Numbered from the stretch's first letter, positions 24,884-39,300 are shown. The stretch: 64,000 nt of DNA from Takakia lepidozioides (GCA_030704615.1 CM060731.1:12462001-12526000); one strand, 5' to 3'. Program-made: numbers and translations. The notes: generated by a model from the sequence alone, not told the origin.

Positions 24884-26115
24884 AACTTAGCCTCAGCCAC
24901 TTCTTGATCTCTTCACAAACCTTCTGTGCGTAGTTGGGATTCATTCTGTACCTTGCCTGCTTGATTGGTACTGACCCAGTTCCAGTTCAATCTTATGCTG
25001 ACAGATTCAGGTGGTATCCCATTTAAAATCCTCATAGCTCCAAGCAAATACATCTCTGTATTTGATGAACAAACTCTTAGCTTCTTCAAAGAATTCTGGC
25101 TCCAAATCAGCTCCTACCTTCACCATCCTCGGTTCCGCTTTAGTTCCCACATTCCACTTCCCTCACTTGTTCATCAGCTGTGATTGTCCAACCAGTCCCC
25201 ACTTCATCCTGTAAACTCACAGTAGCTGGTTCCTCTAGGATTTCCATTTCTCCTTCTTTTCCTTCATAGAAATGTGATGGGTAACTGCTGGTTTCCTCTT
25301 CAATCGGTGTTGTTGACACTACACCACAACAGATACCCCTTAAACAAACTTAGGCCTTCCAGCCGCATCTCTGCAACTGCTCCCACTCCTGGGTGGCAGC
25401 AAATAGGGTAGCTTCCTGCTCCTCATCCAGTCCTCCTCTCCAGTCATACTCTCTGACCCCTCGAGGTCTTCTCGTAGCAGGTAATCTACTAGATTTCTTT
25501 GTGGTAATTTGTATCTCGTGTATCCATTATGCACGGTTAGTAACTGAGAATTCCAGTCATGGAATACCCTGGCCTGTTTCACCCACGGACGTCCCAATAA
25601 TAAGGAGTAAGCCTCCATTATTTTATTCATCTTCAACACAGTTACTGTGATCATAAAGATCATCTTCTGTATCTGTATCTTAACTCCTCTTATTAATCCC
25701 AATGGCTGTACACTTTTTGATCTGCCATTGTTACTGTAAATGGGGCTGGTTTCATGTTACTTAGGCCAAGCTTCTTTCTTAATTGGTCTGTCATGATATT
25801 TACTCCTGAGCCTCCATCTATCAGTACATCAGTTATTTCTGTGCTTCCAATTCTCAATTGGATTACTGGCATAGAATCATCAAAGTCCATGACTGTTTCT
25901 CGCCCTTCCGGCTTCACATTATAACTGGTCACATTGCTGTTCAGGTTTGTGTTTCCTGTCTCCTGGGCAATTCGATTGATTGCTTGATACAGCCTGTGTC
26001 TACAATAAGGTGCCACAGCCAATAGCTGTCCAATGGTAATCTCTGCTTTGGTCTGGCATATTACTTCAGCCAAAGTCCCTTCATTATTTTGCATGTCTGC
26101 ATCTTCAGTCGGCAT
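24884..26115 (-). pseudogene. gag C-terminus + aspartic protease + start of RT (frameshifted)
   Basis: ITIGQLLAVAP..., LIDGGSGVNIM, YSLLLGRPW, and DGGIPF/RYRMNPNYA-type pol linker motifs. Confidence 0.85.
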
Positions 26116-26119
26116 CTTG

Positions 26120-26962
26120 CATGACCTACAGCTAGTGTATCATGGGGGTGTTTCCTATTTGTTTTCCTTCCCGCATTCATGTTAGCTAGTTACCTTACTG
26201 TTGGTAATTAAGTTTCAGTTTGCTTCAGCAATCTATCGAATCCCATCAGCTCATCCATTCATTCCACAGCTTCACTCAGATCTCTCTACACAGTGTGAGT
26301 ATGAAGTATGTATCAAATTAATATCTATCTAGTATCAGGCTGAAGCCATGGAGTCTCTAATCTGCTGTACATTACAACCCTACTGCTATGCTTTCATTAA
26401 GCATCAACAGATCGTCCTCCTCCTACTCTGTGCTCTCTCTCTCTTCTTCTTCCGCTCAGAGATGCGCTCTCTCCTCCTTTCCTCCCGTGATGTCCGAACT
26501 CCCCCCCCCCCCCCCCCCAGCAGCGATTTCCCCCAAGAAGTGATCATTTTCCCGTCCTCGCTCCTCGCTTTATCTTCCTACCCGTTGTTCTAACCGTTTC
26601 CCTCACTAACCGTCATCCGTGTACTAACATGTTCCATTCGTAGATGTTGTTTCCCCCCAGTCGTTCCCTGTCATGCTATCCGTTCCCTATGGTCGTGACA
26701 GCTGTGTCAAGATGTGACTGGATGTGCGACTGTGTTGAGCTGTGACTGACTGTGACGGCTGTGTCTGGCTGTGTTGGCTGTGACGGGCTGTGACGGGCTG
26801 TGTCGGCTGTGTCGGCTTTGTCGGACTGTGAAGGGGTGTGTAACCCCCTTCTAAAGTGCGCTGCTGTACCCCTAAGGCTCCTGTTGGTCTCAGTCTGTGC
26901 AAAAATTAAGGGTACCCCACAGATCCTGTATAAGTGTCTAAGTCCCAGATAGTCCTCTAACA
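26120..26962 (-). repeat. LTR of the gypsy element (5' end TGTTAGAGG at 26962 is firm; other boundary approximate)
   Basis: Polypurine tract GAGAGGGGAAGGGG (minus, ~26966-26979) immediately precedes TGTTAGAGG. TCACAGCC-type simple repeats at 26695-26830. PBS and most of gag appear deleted. Confidence 0.65.
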
Positions 26963-29900
26963 TTACCCCTTCCCCTCTCAAAAAGCCGTGTCCTCACGGT
27001 TTACTGATGGGGATTAGCAAACCTTTGTGAGCGAATACCTTTCTGACGTTGAGAGTCTCGTGAAGGACTCTGTGTATGAGCCCGAGGTCTGTCACTGGTG
27101 ACGGAAGAGGATGAACACTACCTGGATATGTGAGGCCCTTTGGAGGCTGATATCGAGGTAACCTTTCAGGCATAGGAGACCCCCGTTGCTTCTTCTCTGC
27201 CATCTGAATTGCATAGTCTTCTCCCATGTCAAAAGAGTCCGCCGAAAGAAACAGTTGTATCAGAATCCTCATCGCCTCTCAGGTGTTTTAATTGTCGAAA
27301 CTTTTTGTGGATCCTCTGGGCATACAATGTTGTCCTACCATGTCTGGAAGTTTAAACTTTAAAACTTGCTGTAAACGCTGAATGGCAAAATTGGTGAAGA
27401 CGTTGAGCTCCTTGTTTGTCCAGGTGAGTGGGGTACCAATGACTTGTGAATTGTGCAAGTATTTCCATGCCTCATGTCCCTTAAAGAAAATATCATCCGG
27501 CCGAATTTTTGTGTTGACAAATTGTTCCAGGCCGCATGAAACCATGAACGAATTTGAGAATCCTTTTGCATCATAACTTTTGCCTCATATAGGTAATATG
27601 AGGTGGCACTGAAGGTAAGACCCAATGATCCCCACTGGAATAACTCAGAAAGCCGCGATTGCATCTTGTGCTGCTCAAGTGGTAACGTACCAGAAACAAG
27701 CAGCGTAATATATCCCACAGCCCATGACAATACTTGCTACCTCCTTGGTCTTGGTATAAATGAATTCATGTACAACTTGGAAGGCAATTAATTCCTTCAA
27801 CATGGTACCTGCCTCATGCCAGTACTGCGCAAAGTGATGATCCTCAATGGGTCGATTGTTTGGAAGTACCTTAGTTCTAGTTGCCACTGGCAGCCATATG
27901 CGCATGATTTGATAGTAATGTGCCAATGACTGCGGAGGACTAAATTCTTCCAAACCAATCCAACACAATGGGAATTTGGTTGAAGGGCATAATCATAGCC
28001 CTACTGTACTCTCTTGCAGCTGGAGTTTAGGTGGGTTAAAAGTCGGCATTCCCCCATACCTCTGTGGTGTGTGGTGGCTGTGGTGTGTGTGTAGTAACAA
28101 CAGGGTCAGCTACTGGCACAGTGACTTGTTGTGGTGTTGGTGGCATGGCTCTTGTACCATTGGCATCTCCTGCACCTCCTGTGAAGAAGACTAAAAAGCC
28201 AAAGTTCTCGCTTTTAAATAAGAAGCCATTAGCTGTTTCCTCAGGTACACAGACTCTGTTGTCGATATTTGAAGTGAGGTCCTCCACTTGAGTCTGCAGG
28301 GTCTACATCCTCTTGTAACTCCGCTTATCCTACTATAGACAATGTCTATATAGTTGTGGCAATGTTCTGCACTTGCAGTCTGAGCCATTCATCTCGCTTT
28401 GGGTGAGCTTTCGTGGTGTTTGCCCTCCACTGGCCCTTGTGCTAACCAGACCTGCATAAGGTGGTTATCCACTAAGTTGCTTGTGGTGCCTCTGAGAGTC
28501 TGCTCCTCTCTGGTTTTACATATCTAAACTGCTGTTGTAAAGCCTCCATGCGCTTCCCATGAGGTTCAACCAAATTTGCATAGGCAGCAAGGCAGATTAT
28601 TGGCTTCCTTCCAAGCCTTGTTAGTGACAGATATTCATTCTATTGGCCATGACCGTTGTTGCAACTCCAGTTTTGGGTCTCTCTTGGTCAGCTTCAACCT
28701 GTCTGTATTGCTTGAAAGTATCCTCATGGCAATAGATTGTATTCTTCATATCGACAATGAGTTTCACTTGACTCAACATTTCTGCCTCTGCCTTCGTACA
28801 TCTTTCCGCTTGAATGTTATTTTTTGTTGTAGATTGGTCAAGCATAGTTGTGAGTGTAGCACATTGGATGGCCATTCTGTCATGCACTGTCTGCAACTCC
28901 ATATGTAGTGCATTCACTTGTTTGCAACTTGCTTTCATGCTTCACTTGCATTTGGTTATAGCTGTTGCTTATGTGCTTGGTGCAACTCGGTCTTGCGTGA
29001 GGCCCTGCCAAATCAATTGTTCCTTGGCCAATTGCAAAGCCGCTTCTGTATCTCTAAGTCTTGCCATCTTGAGAGTGACCTCTTCATCGACTTTATTTGC
29101 ACACTCTGTGGCAAGTCGAGCCTCAAACTCCTTCCTGAGTTCCTCCCTCAAAGCTGCCAATTGAGTAGTGGGAACATGTGATTTGACATAAGTTACCCCA
29201 ACAAATTAAGTGTCATGTTTATGGAACTCATAAGCATCGCCTGTTGAGGGTCATCTTGGTGAGCTTGCTTGCTTTCTCCCTGATCCTCAACAGTGTGATG
29301 TCTTACGAACCACTCAGGCCATTGCCACACCAGATTTTCTTCTGAAACCACTCCATCCGTCACTGGTGCTGCAGTCTACCTGTGGTAACCTTCCGTCACA
29401 GGTGTGTGTATTATATGCGCCGCAGGGTTTCCCCTGGACAACGTGGCACACTCCGGAATCACTGTGTCCTTGGACCATACCAGAATATTCATAGAGAAGG
29501 TCCCCCTTTCAATTTCTGCCACCACCTATTCTGTAGTGGGAATATCTAACCCTTCTTTTTCTAAATCAATTATTTCTGGTGGAACTGCATGGACAACTTG
29601 TGGTAACTTTGTGACAAGCCGATCATCTAGCTGTGAGGTGATGATACTGAAGTAACTTCCTATTCCCTCTCTGAAGGTCCTGCTTCCAGTAATAGCAGTT
29701 CTCTGTGCTGCTGTGTGCCCCTTCCCTGCACAAGAGCTTTGGGAAACATTATCATGTGGATTCCGTGAAACCAGTGGATCCGCCACTACAGTCCTCCCCC
29801 GTCTCTGTCTTAGTCTCGGGTTGCCCTGCCAGTCCACCCTCACTGTGTGAAGAGCCCTTGCTCTTCATGGCAGTGGTTTCTGCTCAAAACACTCCCATCT

Positions 29901-31229
29901 CCTTTCTTTCTCGCGCATCAAGTATGCCAGAATAAGAATTATTTGAGCAATGATTGGGCCAGACACTATGGTAGGAGACTTTGGCAGCAGTACCCTGTAA
30001 TCTTTTCATCTCCTCTACCAGTGCGTTGTACATTATGTCCCGCCCATTCTACCTCTTCTCCTCTCAAGGCTTTGAGTATTTCTTCTGTGAAGGATCTGCT
30101 CAAATACTGTTGGTTCTGTTTCATGGCAAACAAACGTTCAATACCTGGCCTACATCTCTTAGCCCTGGGTACATGGCCTTGGTACAAGCATAACCCTGAG
30201 TTTAAAGAAACTCCTTTTGGAATAAGTCCCATATTGGCAGTCTTGCCCTGTGCTCCTCCACATGCACCTGACCTGCTGGCAATCGAAACATTGCTGTAGG
30301 TATAGGGGAGTAATTACTAATTCAACTCCTTCACCGTTTGCTCCTGCTTCCTTGACTCAAAGTTCTGCAAGAATGGTAACATGTACTGTCTATGGTGCAA
30401 TGTCCAATTTTTGCTTGCAATCCTTCCAATCGCAGCTCTTTCAGTAACTTCACCGCCTGTGGAGTAGAAATCGTTTGTTCTGCAGGATTGTGGTGCTCTT
30501 CACCCCTGATTTCTTCCCCCCATTCCCCTCTCTCATCTCTTCATTCTAGACCCACAGAAATGTTTTGGCGTAACAATTGAAGAAATGCCGTGTAGTGCAC
30601 AAAGCATAAACGTATGGTTGCCACAAAAAGCTTATGGGTAATTTCTTGTAAGCCTGCGGGGCTTGAAGCATCGATCAGAGAAAAGATCCGTTCTGTTCTT
30701 TCCTCCCTATTGCCACTGCGTAAGTAATATTGCGAGCGTATAGTCTGTTAGTTCCTCCATAGCTTCAAAGCTATCGCATTGATGGTTTGTCCCGTCGCGA
30801 TGCCCGTTACTTAGAACGACGCCGACTTCTTGATCCCTTCTCTGGCTTTCGATTGGCTGTAACCGCTGTGACTGGATTTTAGATTTAATTTTCTTTAGTG
30901 GACTTTCCCTGCTGACTGTCCACTAGGATAACACATGTGACAAGAATTTCGCTTTTCTGTACTTGTCGTTTGTTCTGTTGCCCCTTTTCTGTATTCATTA
31001 ATGGGCCCGCCATTCATCCAAATTGACGCGCTGATTAGGTATTTTGACGGCCATTCTTGTCCTCTTTCTTGATGAGATCTGTTTTTGCACTTCCTTCTCA
31101 GCTGTGTGTTGCGCCCTGACTTCCACGTGTCCCTTTCTAAACTGACTTCCGTCCTTTCTTCCGCCGGCCATTTCCCTGAAGTTATCCTGCGTCCACCTGT
31201 CACTGATTCTATGGATTGTGTAACCCTAG

Positions 31230-31385
31230 TAGGCTGTGTTAAGCTGTGACAGGCTGTGTTCATACTGTGGTAATGCCGTGATAGGCTGTGATACACTGTG
31301 GTAAGCTGTGATAGGCTGTGACACGCTGTGGTAGGTTGTGATATGCTGTGTCGCGCCTTGATGGGCTGTGATAGGCTGTGTCGCG
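31230..31385. repeat. GCTGTGA(TA/CA) simple repeat downstream of integrase
   Basis: Directly visible. The same motif family occurs in the LTR (26695-26830) and at 41734-41803. Confidence 0.8.
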
Positions 31386-31499
31386 CTTGTTCTGTCCGCC
31401 CTGGTCATATATGCTCGGCATAGCGACAAGTGCTCCATATTCCGTTGGTAACACTGGCGCAGCCCGTGACGGCCTTTGCGTTTCAACATGGAAATCATG

Positions 31500-34050
31500 C
31501 TGTAATGGTTTGTCATGGATACCACTGTACCTTTTCAACTTATTGACATTGACTCTTCCCAGCATTTCTTTGTTAATGGTTTGTAAAATGGCGGTGTTGT
31601 TATCATACATCTTTTGTATGACATAAGGTCCTTTCCATGGTGATTTAAGCTTAGAAGCTTTAATCTTTATCCTCTTCTGCAACCATAGAACCAAATCTCA
31701 CGTCTTAAAAGTCTTTAACTTGCTTTCATTAAACTGTTCCTTCCTCTTCATCTGAATTCTGGTCATATTATCAGCTGCATCAGCACGTACTTCTTCCACA
31801 TGGTATAATTCATGTTTCCTGACCTTAATGGAATCTTGCAATTCCATTCTCTTTCCCCATTCCGTTCTCATGGTAGGTAACAGGAATTCCACTGGAAGTA
31901 AAGCTTCCATACCATAAACTAATTGGAATGGTGTATACTTAGTGGTGACTTTATATGAAGTCCTGTATGACCACAAAGCTGTCAGCAGCTTTGTATCCCA
32001 ATCCGTTCTGTTTGCATTGACTATCTTAGTCAAGATAGTACATAGTATTTTGTTGGTAGCCTCTGCCTGCCCATTACCCTGTGAGTAATATGTTGTATTC
32101 TTTCTATGCACAATCATGAACTCTTTAGTCAATAATTCATTTGTCTCATTAATGAAGTGACTTCCCTGATCACTGATAAATTCCAAGGGACAGCCAAATC
32201 GTGTAAGTATGTTCTCATACAGAAACCTTGCTGTGGACTTAGCTGTGTTGTCCCTCAAAGCTTTAGCTTCCACACACTTCGTAGTATAATCAGTGGCTGT
32301 AATTATGTACCTGTTCTGTGTATTCTTGGCTGGTGGGTTAATTGGTCCAACAAAGTCTAGTCCCCATTTCTGAAATGGTTCCGTAGGCATTGTAGGATGC
32401 AAAGCCATTTTCCTAGATCTCTGCAAAGGTCCTAGCCTCTGACATTCATCACAACTCTGGCAATACTTGTGTACATCTTTGAACAAAGTAGGCCACCAGT
32501 AACCTGCATGTAGTATTTTCCTGCTGGTAGTCTCTTCTCCAAAATGACCTCCGGCCACTCCTTTATGAACTTCCTCCAAAACTTTATTAACTTCATGGTG
32601 GTATAAGCATCGCTTCAGCACTCCATCTGGTCCTAGCTTATACATTCTGCTCCCTACCATAGTGTAAGGTAGAGCCTTGATAGCAATTCTCTTTCTCTGC
32701 TCCTTTTCATAACTTGGTGGGCACTGACCATGAGCAAGGTAGTATCTGATTGGCCACTGCCAATCTAACCAGTCATCTGCACTTCCCTGTACCTCCACTG
32801 CAAATAGACTCGCATCTGGTAATTGATCATCTACTCCTGTGGCTGGTTCTCCTGTTGATAACCGTGACAAGTGATCCGCCACAAGATGCAGTCTCCCAGG
32901 CTTGTAAACAACCTCGAACTCAAACTCGTGCAAGATTATCAACCATCTTGCTATTCTTCCGCTTATCAGAGGTTTGTTTACCAGGTATATCAGAGCCGGG
33001 TGATCCACATAGAACATAAACTTCTTGCCCAACAGGTAATGCCTGAATTTCTTCACTGCATAGATCATTGCCAATGCTTCTCTTTCCGTTGTGCTATAAT
33101 TTCTTTCGGCATTGTTCATCAATCGGCTAGCATAGTACACAGGTGAATCTATCCTTCCTGTAACATTTTGGGCTAACACTGCTCCTAGTGCTTCTCCAGA
33201 AGCATCACAGTGAACATGAAATATTTCCTGCCAGTGAGGACTAATCAGCACAGGTGTAGTTGTTACTGACAATGTAAGTTCCTCAAAAGCCTGTTGACAT
33301 TCAGGTGTCCATGCAAACACTGCATCTTTCTTCAGAAGTTTGCTCAATGGTGCTGCTATCTATGCATACCGTCTGACAAATCTTCTGTAATAGCTTGTTT
33401 GTCCAAGGAATCTCCTTAGACTCTTAATATTCACTGGTGGTGGAGAGGCTTTAATGGCCTCTGTTTTCCTGGGATCACAAGAAGTCCCCTCTTACACACA
33501 ATGTGTCCCAAAAGCACCCCTGAGTTCACACAGAAAGTACACCTCTCTGGATTCAGGCCCAGACCTCTCATCCTGCATCTGGCCAGACATAACTCCAATT
33601 TATGTAAGTGCTCATTCTTAGAGCTGTACACTGAAATCATCCAAGAATACCTGCATGAAATCATCCAGATACTCATGAAAAGATTCACTTATCACTCTCT
33701 GAAAGGTCGCTGGTGCATTACAAAGTCCAAAGGGCATGACTTTGTATGCATAAGCACCCCAATCTGTGATGAAAGCTATTTTTCCTTGGTCTTCTTCTGC
33801 CACTTGCACTTGATTATAACCACTGAAGCCATCCATGAATGAGTACATCTCATGGCCTGCCACAGTGTCTAATACTGCTTCTGTGAATGGCAAAGGGAAA
33901 GGATCTTTCTTCGTACAAGCATTCAGCTTCTTGTAGTTCACACAAACTCTTAGTTTACCATTCTTCTTGGGAACTATCACAATGGGTGACAACCAAGTTG
34001 TATACTCTATTGGGTATATAAACTTAGCCTCAGCCAACTTCTTGATCTCT
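31500..34050 (-). pseudogene. pol: reverse transcriptase - RNase H - integrase (frameshifts/stops)
   Basis: WLSPIVIVPKKNGKLRVCV..DPFPLP..MDGFSGYNQ..MPFGLCNAPATFQR..FLDDF (RT); HCDASG..YSTTEREAL (RNase H); GHFG..CDECQ..WGLDFVGP..SDQGSHF..GQAE and WKGPY (integrase). Confidence 0.95.
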
Positions 34051-34662
34051 GCATAAATGGGTGCAGGCGCATGGAGCTCCAATACATGTTCCATAGGACT
34101 AGGATAAAATGTGAGAGTGTATTTTGTTCAAAGGGTATCCACGACACAGGCCTCATCTGTAAATACAACTTTGCGAAGAAATAAAGCTAAGGGGGTCGGA
34201 ACGGTGTGCAAGCATCAAATAGCTGTTGGCCATGTAGATGATGGTTCATGGTGGTCGATAGATAGAATACAAAAGATGAAGAAGGTGAGGACTAGGTGGG
34301 AGATATCTCGGCAGCCAATTGATCTCATAAATAAACCAAAAATAACAATCATGGTCGTGTTAAATTACTTCTCTAAGTCAAGGGGGCACCATAAATTTAA
34401 ATTTGATATTACTGATAGTAAATGGATAGACATAGATTCCGTTATTAGTTCAGCAACTATGACTGACATAGTTCAGAATGTTTACACCTTGAATGGTGTT
34501 GATGCTGAAGCTCTCGATGAGTTTGTATCAAACAAATAAAGTCTATCTCAAAATATAAAAGTAGTTTCTGGGATCAGAGTTTCACCCTACAAAATTATCC
34601 ATAGGTGAGGACTTATATGTGACCTGAAGGCTCGCTGCCCACTCTCGCCCCTATTAAAAAAA

Positions 34663-34930
34663 GGGTCTGGTATCATGTGAGCACAAATCCACACCTATAT
34701 GATAACATGTTTATCAGGTATAGGGGTTACTTGTTCCTTATGTGTTGTAACTAGTGCTCATGTGAACCGCTAGAAATAGTTTCGCACAGGTTTACATTGA
34801 GTTCCGTAAATTATTGTAAATTTGCTCTAAAATATTCTCCGAGTATCGGGGCAATTCGCAAAATATGCCATCGTGCTCACATGTGAGTATGCTCACGCCG
34901 GCGTGAGCATACTCACATGCTATCCAACCT
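34663..34930. mobile_element. MITE-like element, GTGAGCA family
   Basis: Imperfect TIRs GGGTCTGGTATCATGTGAGC / TACTCACATGCTATCCAACCTC, with internal GTGAGCAT/ATGCTCAC repeats. Confidence 0.55.
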
Positions 34931-36351
34931 CTTGGATAGAAGACTCATTGGTGGTGGTAGACATCAATCTGAGAGACAAATGAAATAAGCCTGAGTCATT
35001 TGAGACAATGGAGTGCAAAGCGCACCCATGTACTCGAAACTATTGTGGACAATAGACAACTATTGGCGCCCTATGAGCGAATCGAGTCCAAACCAAGCCC
35101 TAATTGAGACCATTTAAAAAAAAAAAATTTGTCGATACTCCACGCAAGGAACTACAAAGCTCGTGCGGATAAAACCAAAGGCAAAACCTACAAAATACAA
35201 TTAAGGCTTCCCAAATCGGTTTTGCAAACAGAAAAACTTTATCCCGATATGATAAGATAAAGATTCTTTAACGTCCAGTGAATTTACAGAGCCTACTGCT
35301 CAACACACAGGCCATCGAGGGCCCAATGGACAGTCTGAAGGCACATGTTGAAGGATTGAACCCAGGATACTGAACCTTGAACTGCAGAGGGGAGGGGGGG
35401 GGGGTATCTGTGAATAGGGTTACATTGTTAAATTTGGAATAGTTGTACAAAATCTCATATTTTTTTCTCATCATGTTATATTTTTGGTGTATTTCCTAAA
35501 GATATGGATACTCAAGTGAGCATGCTCACAAGGGAGTCCGAGGGCCTTACCCAAAAGTACAGAAAAGATCTAGGGTAAGAATTTGCTTGTTATGAAGCAC
35601 TGCTCGAAAATTACCTACCCCCTGCCCCTGCCGGAATTACGAAAAGTCCCCGGGCTGACGGCTGTAATCCAAAACTGCCCCAGCCAGAGCAACACGTAAT
35701 CGTATATGGAAGTTTTTTTGTTTTTTTTTTTTCTTAATTTTTTAGAGGGAAGTTTACTTTGGAATCTAACTATATTTACAAAGAGAATGATTTTTCAAGC
35801 TTGAATTCTTATTAAAAACAAATGTTTTACTTACTGGGTTAAAACATCGCTCTCTTGTTTCTAGTGGGGACGGTATGGATGATATATCCTTTCATCTGTT
35901 GCCATCATCCATTTCTTTCTTCTCCCGCTCGTTCCGGTCGTTTCATTCTTTCGTCATCTTTGTCGACCAACGTTTTCGTTCGTTGTCCTGTGCCCTAATC
36001 GTTGCTCCACCCGTTCTCTCGCACGCCCAACGCTGTCGCTGACCGCTTGCATCTGAGTACACTGGAGATGGATGCAATCACCCTCTCCCTCGCATGAATT
36101 CAATGCGCGTACACACGCATGCACTATTCCATGTCCAGTCTTTGTTTTTCAGTTTCTCAAGAGGCATATGTATCTTCCTTTTCAGCTTATTTCAGTTTCT
36201 TCTGGCCCTTTCAAACTCTCCCTTGCAAACATCATCTCTACCACCACAAATACCCCCAGGTAAACTCATGTACAGGGTCAGTTGGAACGGTTTAATTCTA
36301 CGTTTCGGTGTGTGAAGGATTTGGTGGGGTGGGCGTCCACGCGTACAGATC

Positions 36352-39300
36352 ATGGCAACCAGATTGGCCAGGTTGTGTGGTGGGAGAAGTCTGCAGAAAG
36401 TTTTCCCCCTTTATTCAACATCAGCCACCTTAAGTCCTTCAAGGACAGCGGAAATACCGACCTCTGCATCGACGAGCTTCAGTATGTACCTTCTGCGATG
36501 TTTTTGTGTACCGCTACTGCCTTGGTAGCATCACCTAGATACCGCTACATTTTCTTGGTCCTGAAATATACATGGGTGTTCACTTGTGCAGATGAAGGCA
36601 GCAAGAAGTGGGGGTTCTCAGTACTGTTTCTCTTGCTGCCGTGTGCAGCCACGTTCGGTTTGGGGACGTGGCAACTCTTTCGCCGCCAAAGCAAGGTGCA
36701 CGATCCTCCCCAACTGTTTTGGGTGGACTTAATAATTGTGCAGTCGATGAGGTTTGGTTCGATAGAACTGAAATTTGGAGAGTCTTACATTAGTGGAAGT
36801 CAATCGAATACAACCTTGCACAAAATGGTTATCGCTTGTTCTCCACCTGGGGATTAGATGGCTCTCTCGGTAAGGTTGCAGATTGAACTTCTCGACTTTA
36901 GGCGAAAGAGGCTTGAAGAAGATCCGATTGCATTGGAGGATGTTCTTGAATCCTGGAGCGGGGAAGACTTTCAGACTCCAGTCGTCAACGAGTTAATGGA
37001 GTACCGAAAAGTGTTTTGTGTAGGTGTCTATGATGAAGGGAAGTCGCTCTTTGTCGGCCCCCGAGCAAGAACAGTTTATGGAGCAGCGGAGAAGGGGTAT
37101 TATATGGTGACCCCTATGATCTGTCCGCCACACAAAGATGGAAGGTGAGCACTGAAAGTGGCTTGGATGTGACGTACGTGAGTAGTGCATGGCATCAAAC
37201 AATCATGTGTACTTGAAATCTGAAGTTTAGATTAGATGCTCATAAACATGCCAGGATAACATTTTATTGGACTTAAGGTATAAGTCAGACTGTGAAGGGG
37301 GAGTTGTTTGAAAAGAGAATGAGGCACCACTGACCTAGGTCACTTCTCACCCAAAAGTGGTTTTTTTTTTTTTTTGTAACCAGATTCATTCAAATTGTCA
37401 GTAAATTGTCATGGAAGCGCCACATTGAAGAGAGGAACTGATGGTGGGGACAACCCGGTGTTAGAGTGCAGCTTCCAGTGTTAGTCAACCGGGGCTGGGT
37501 GCCTGCCAGCATGCGCGATGCTGCTATATCTGATGCTACAGGAGAACACCCGCCTGATGAGAAGAAGGGACACCGACAAGACAATTGGTGGACCCGCTGG
37601 TCCAAGCCACGAGTCCTTTTCAAGGTTCATAGTCGCTTTCCCCATTCCTCAGCCCCTCTTTCTTTCTGTTTCTCTTATCTGTGTTCACAACCACAGTTAC
37701 AGTACCAGTGCCAACATTCAATTTTTGCTTTCCAGTGGGATGTTAATGCAGACCATTAAATCTATGTATTCCAATTGTTATCCTTGCACCATGTGAATAT
37801 TGGGCTGTCTCCATAGCCTGGTGGTTTGTATACTCCTGACCCTCTCAGTGAGGATCATGGCCTCAAAGGTACATCATATCCGCAGTTCAGAGGGATTGGC
37901 TGATGAGGATGCCTCTTCCTGTCTTTGTCTCTGTCACACAAGGGGAGAGCTTGTGTGAACCTCCAAGCTGGCTTGATGGGGATGATGGCCTCAAAGATAG
38001 ATTATATCCAAAGTTCAGAGGTATTGGTCGATGAGGATGCCTCTTCCTCTCTTTGTCTGTGTCACACAATGAAAAAGCTTGTGTGAACCTTCAAGCTGGC
38101 TTGGTGTGGGGACGATGACCACAAAGGTAGATCATATCCGAAGTCCAGACGGGTTGGTCCATGAGTATGTCTCTTCCTCCCTTTGTCTCGGTCCCACAAT
38201 GGGAAGGCTCATGTGAACCTCCAAGATGGTTGTTTACCTTTATTGTCTCTCTCTTAATCACACGAAGATGGCATTATGGCTTCTGTCTGAATCACCATTG
38301 AGCGAACAAATGTATGAAGTACAAATGGTAGCTGGGGCAATTTTGAAGCACGTGTGATTGTAGCTATTTGCATCTGTGGGTATGCAGATGATTGATCATT
38401 CCGTTTTTTCCCAAAGCTGTGGGATATATATACAGTGAATTGAGTTTGCGATGTTCATTGGGTACTGTTGATGGGGTTTGTTTGTAAGGTTGGCTTGCCG
38501 AGCCTGAATCTTGGTATCTCCAAACAACCAAAGCTCTTTGTCTGTGGAGATGTTCCAATTAAAACAGTAAGTCCCAGCCCTAATTTTTTTTCATGTTGTT
38601 TTGATCAGGACTACGGGGCGAGGGTGGCTGGTGTTATTCGAGATGGCGAACACCCGAACATGTTTGTGCCTCCTAATTCACCAGAGACAGCTCAGTGGTT
38701 TTATGTTGATGTGCCAGCTATGGCACACACTTTGGGCCTCCCCAGAGACACAATTTATATTGAAGCGGTGTTGGAACCAACAACTCTTGAAGGCCGCAAG
38801 GCCTTCCCCCTGCCCAAAGATCCTGATGCTTTCTTGCGGTCTTCAGTCATGCCACAAGATCACCTCAACTATTCTCTTACATGGTATGCAAGGAATCACA
38901 TCTCTTTCACTCTTACTCTCATCACTGCCACTCAATCTCCATGGTTGATCTGAGTCTCACGACTGGAATCAGAGTGGGTGTGGCACCCATGGCAGTTCAT
39001 ACAGAGAGTATCTCCGGCCCTTGTGGGGTTGTATTCTTGGAAATTTTCCCCTTTGCACACAACCCTTCCTGAAATTAACTGTTGGTTGCAACCCAATAGG
39101 TATATGGGTATGAAGCTGAGCGCTTGCACACAGCTGACAGCTTCTGTGAGTGGTGTTTCATGTGGTGTTGACTTATATTAGAAACTATAGGGTTGATTCC
39201 TGCAGTGCTACAGTCCTTTTGCAGGAAACATGTAGTGACAGATGTGGCTGTGTGGCGGTTAGTTCCTTGCCATATCCCCGTGGGCATAGAGCCTGAAGCA

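Larger units (their letters stand above)
24860..34050 (-). mobile_element. Ty3/gypsy (non-chromovirus, Athila/Phygy-like) retrotransposon, circularly permuted with one internal LTR
   Basis: Order on minus: RT (from EIKKLAEAK, 34050) - RNase H - integrase - ~4 kb accessory region - PPT - LTR - end of gag - protease (VLIDGGSGVNIM) - RT start (..RYRMNPNYAQKVCEEIKK, to 24884). Confidence 0.9.

Noticed and set aside
36282-36857. 191-aa ORF as an independent gene
   Set aside because: It is intron read-through around SURF1 exon 2. The real start is the ATG at 36352 in another frame.
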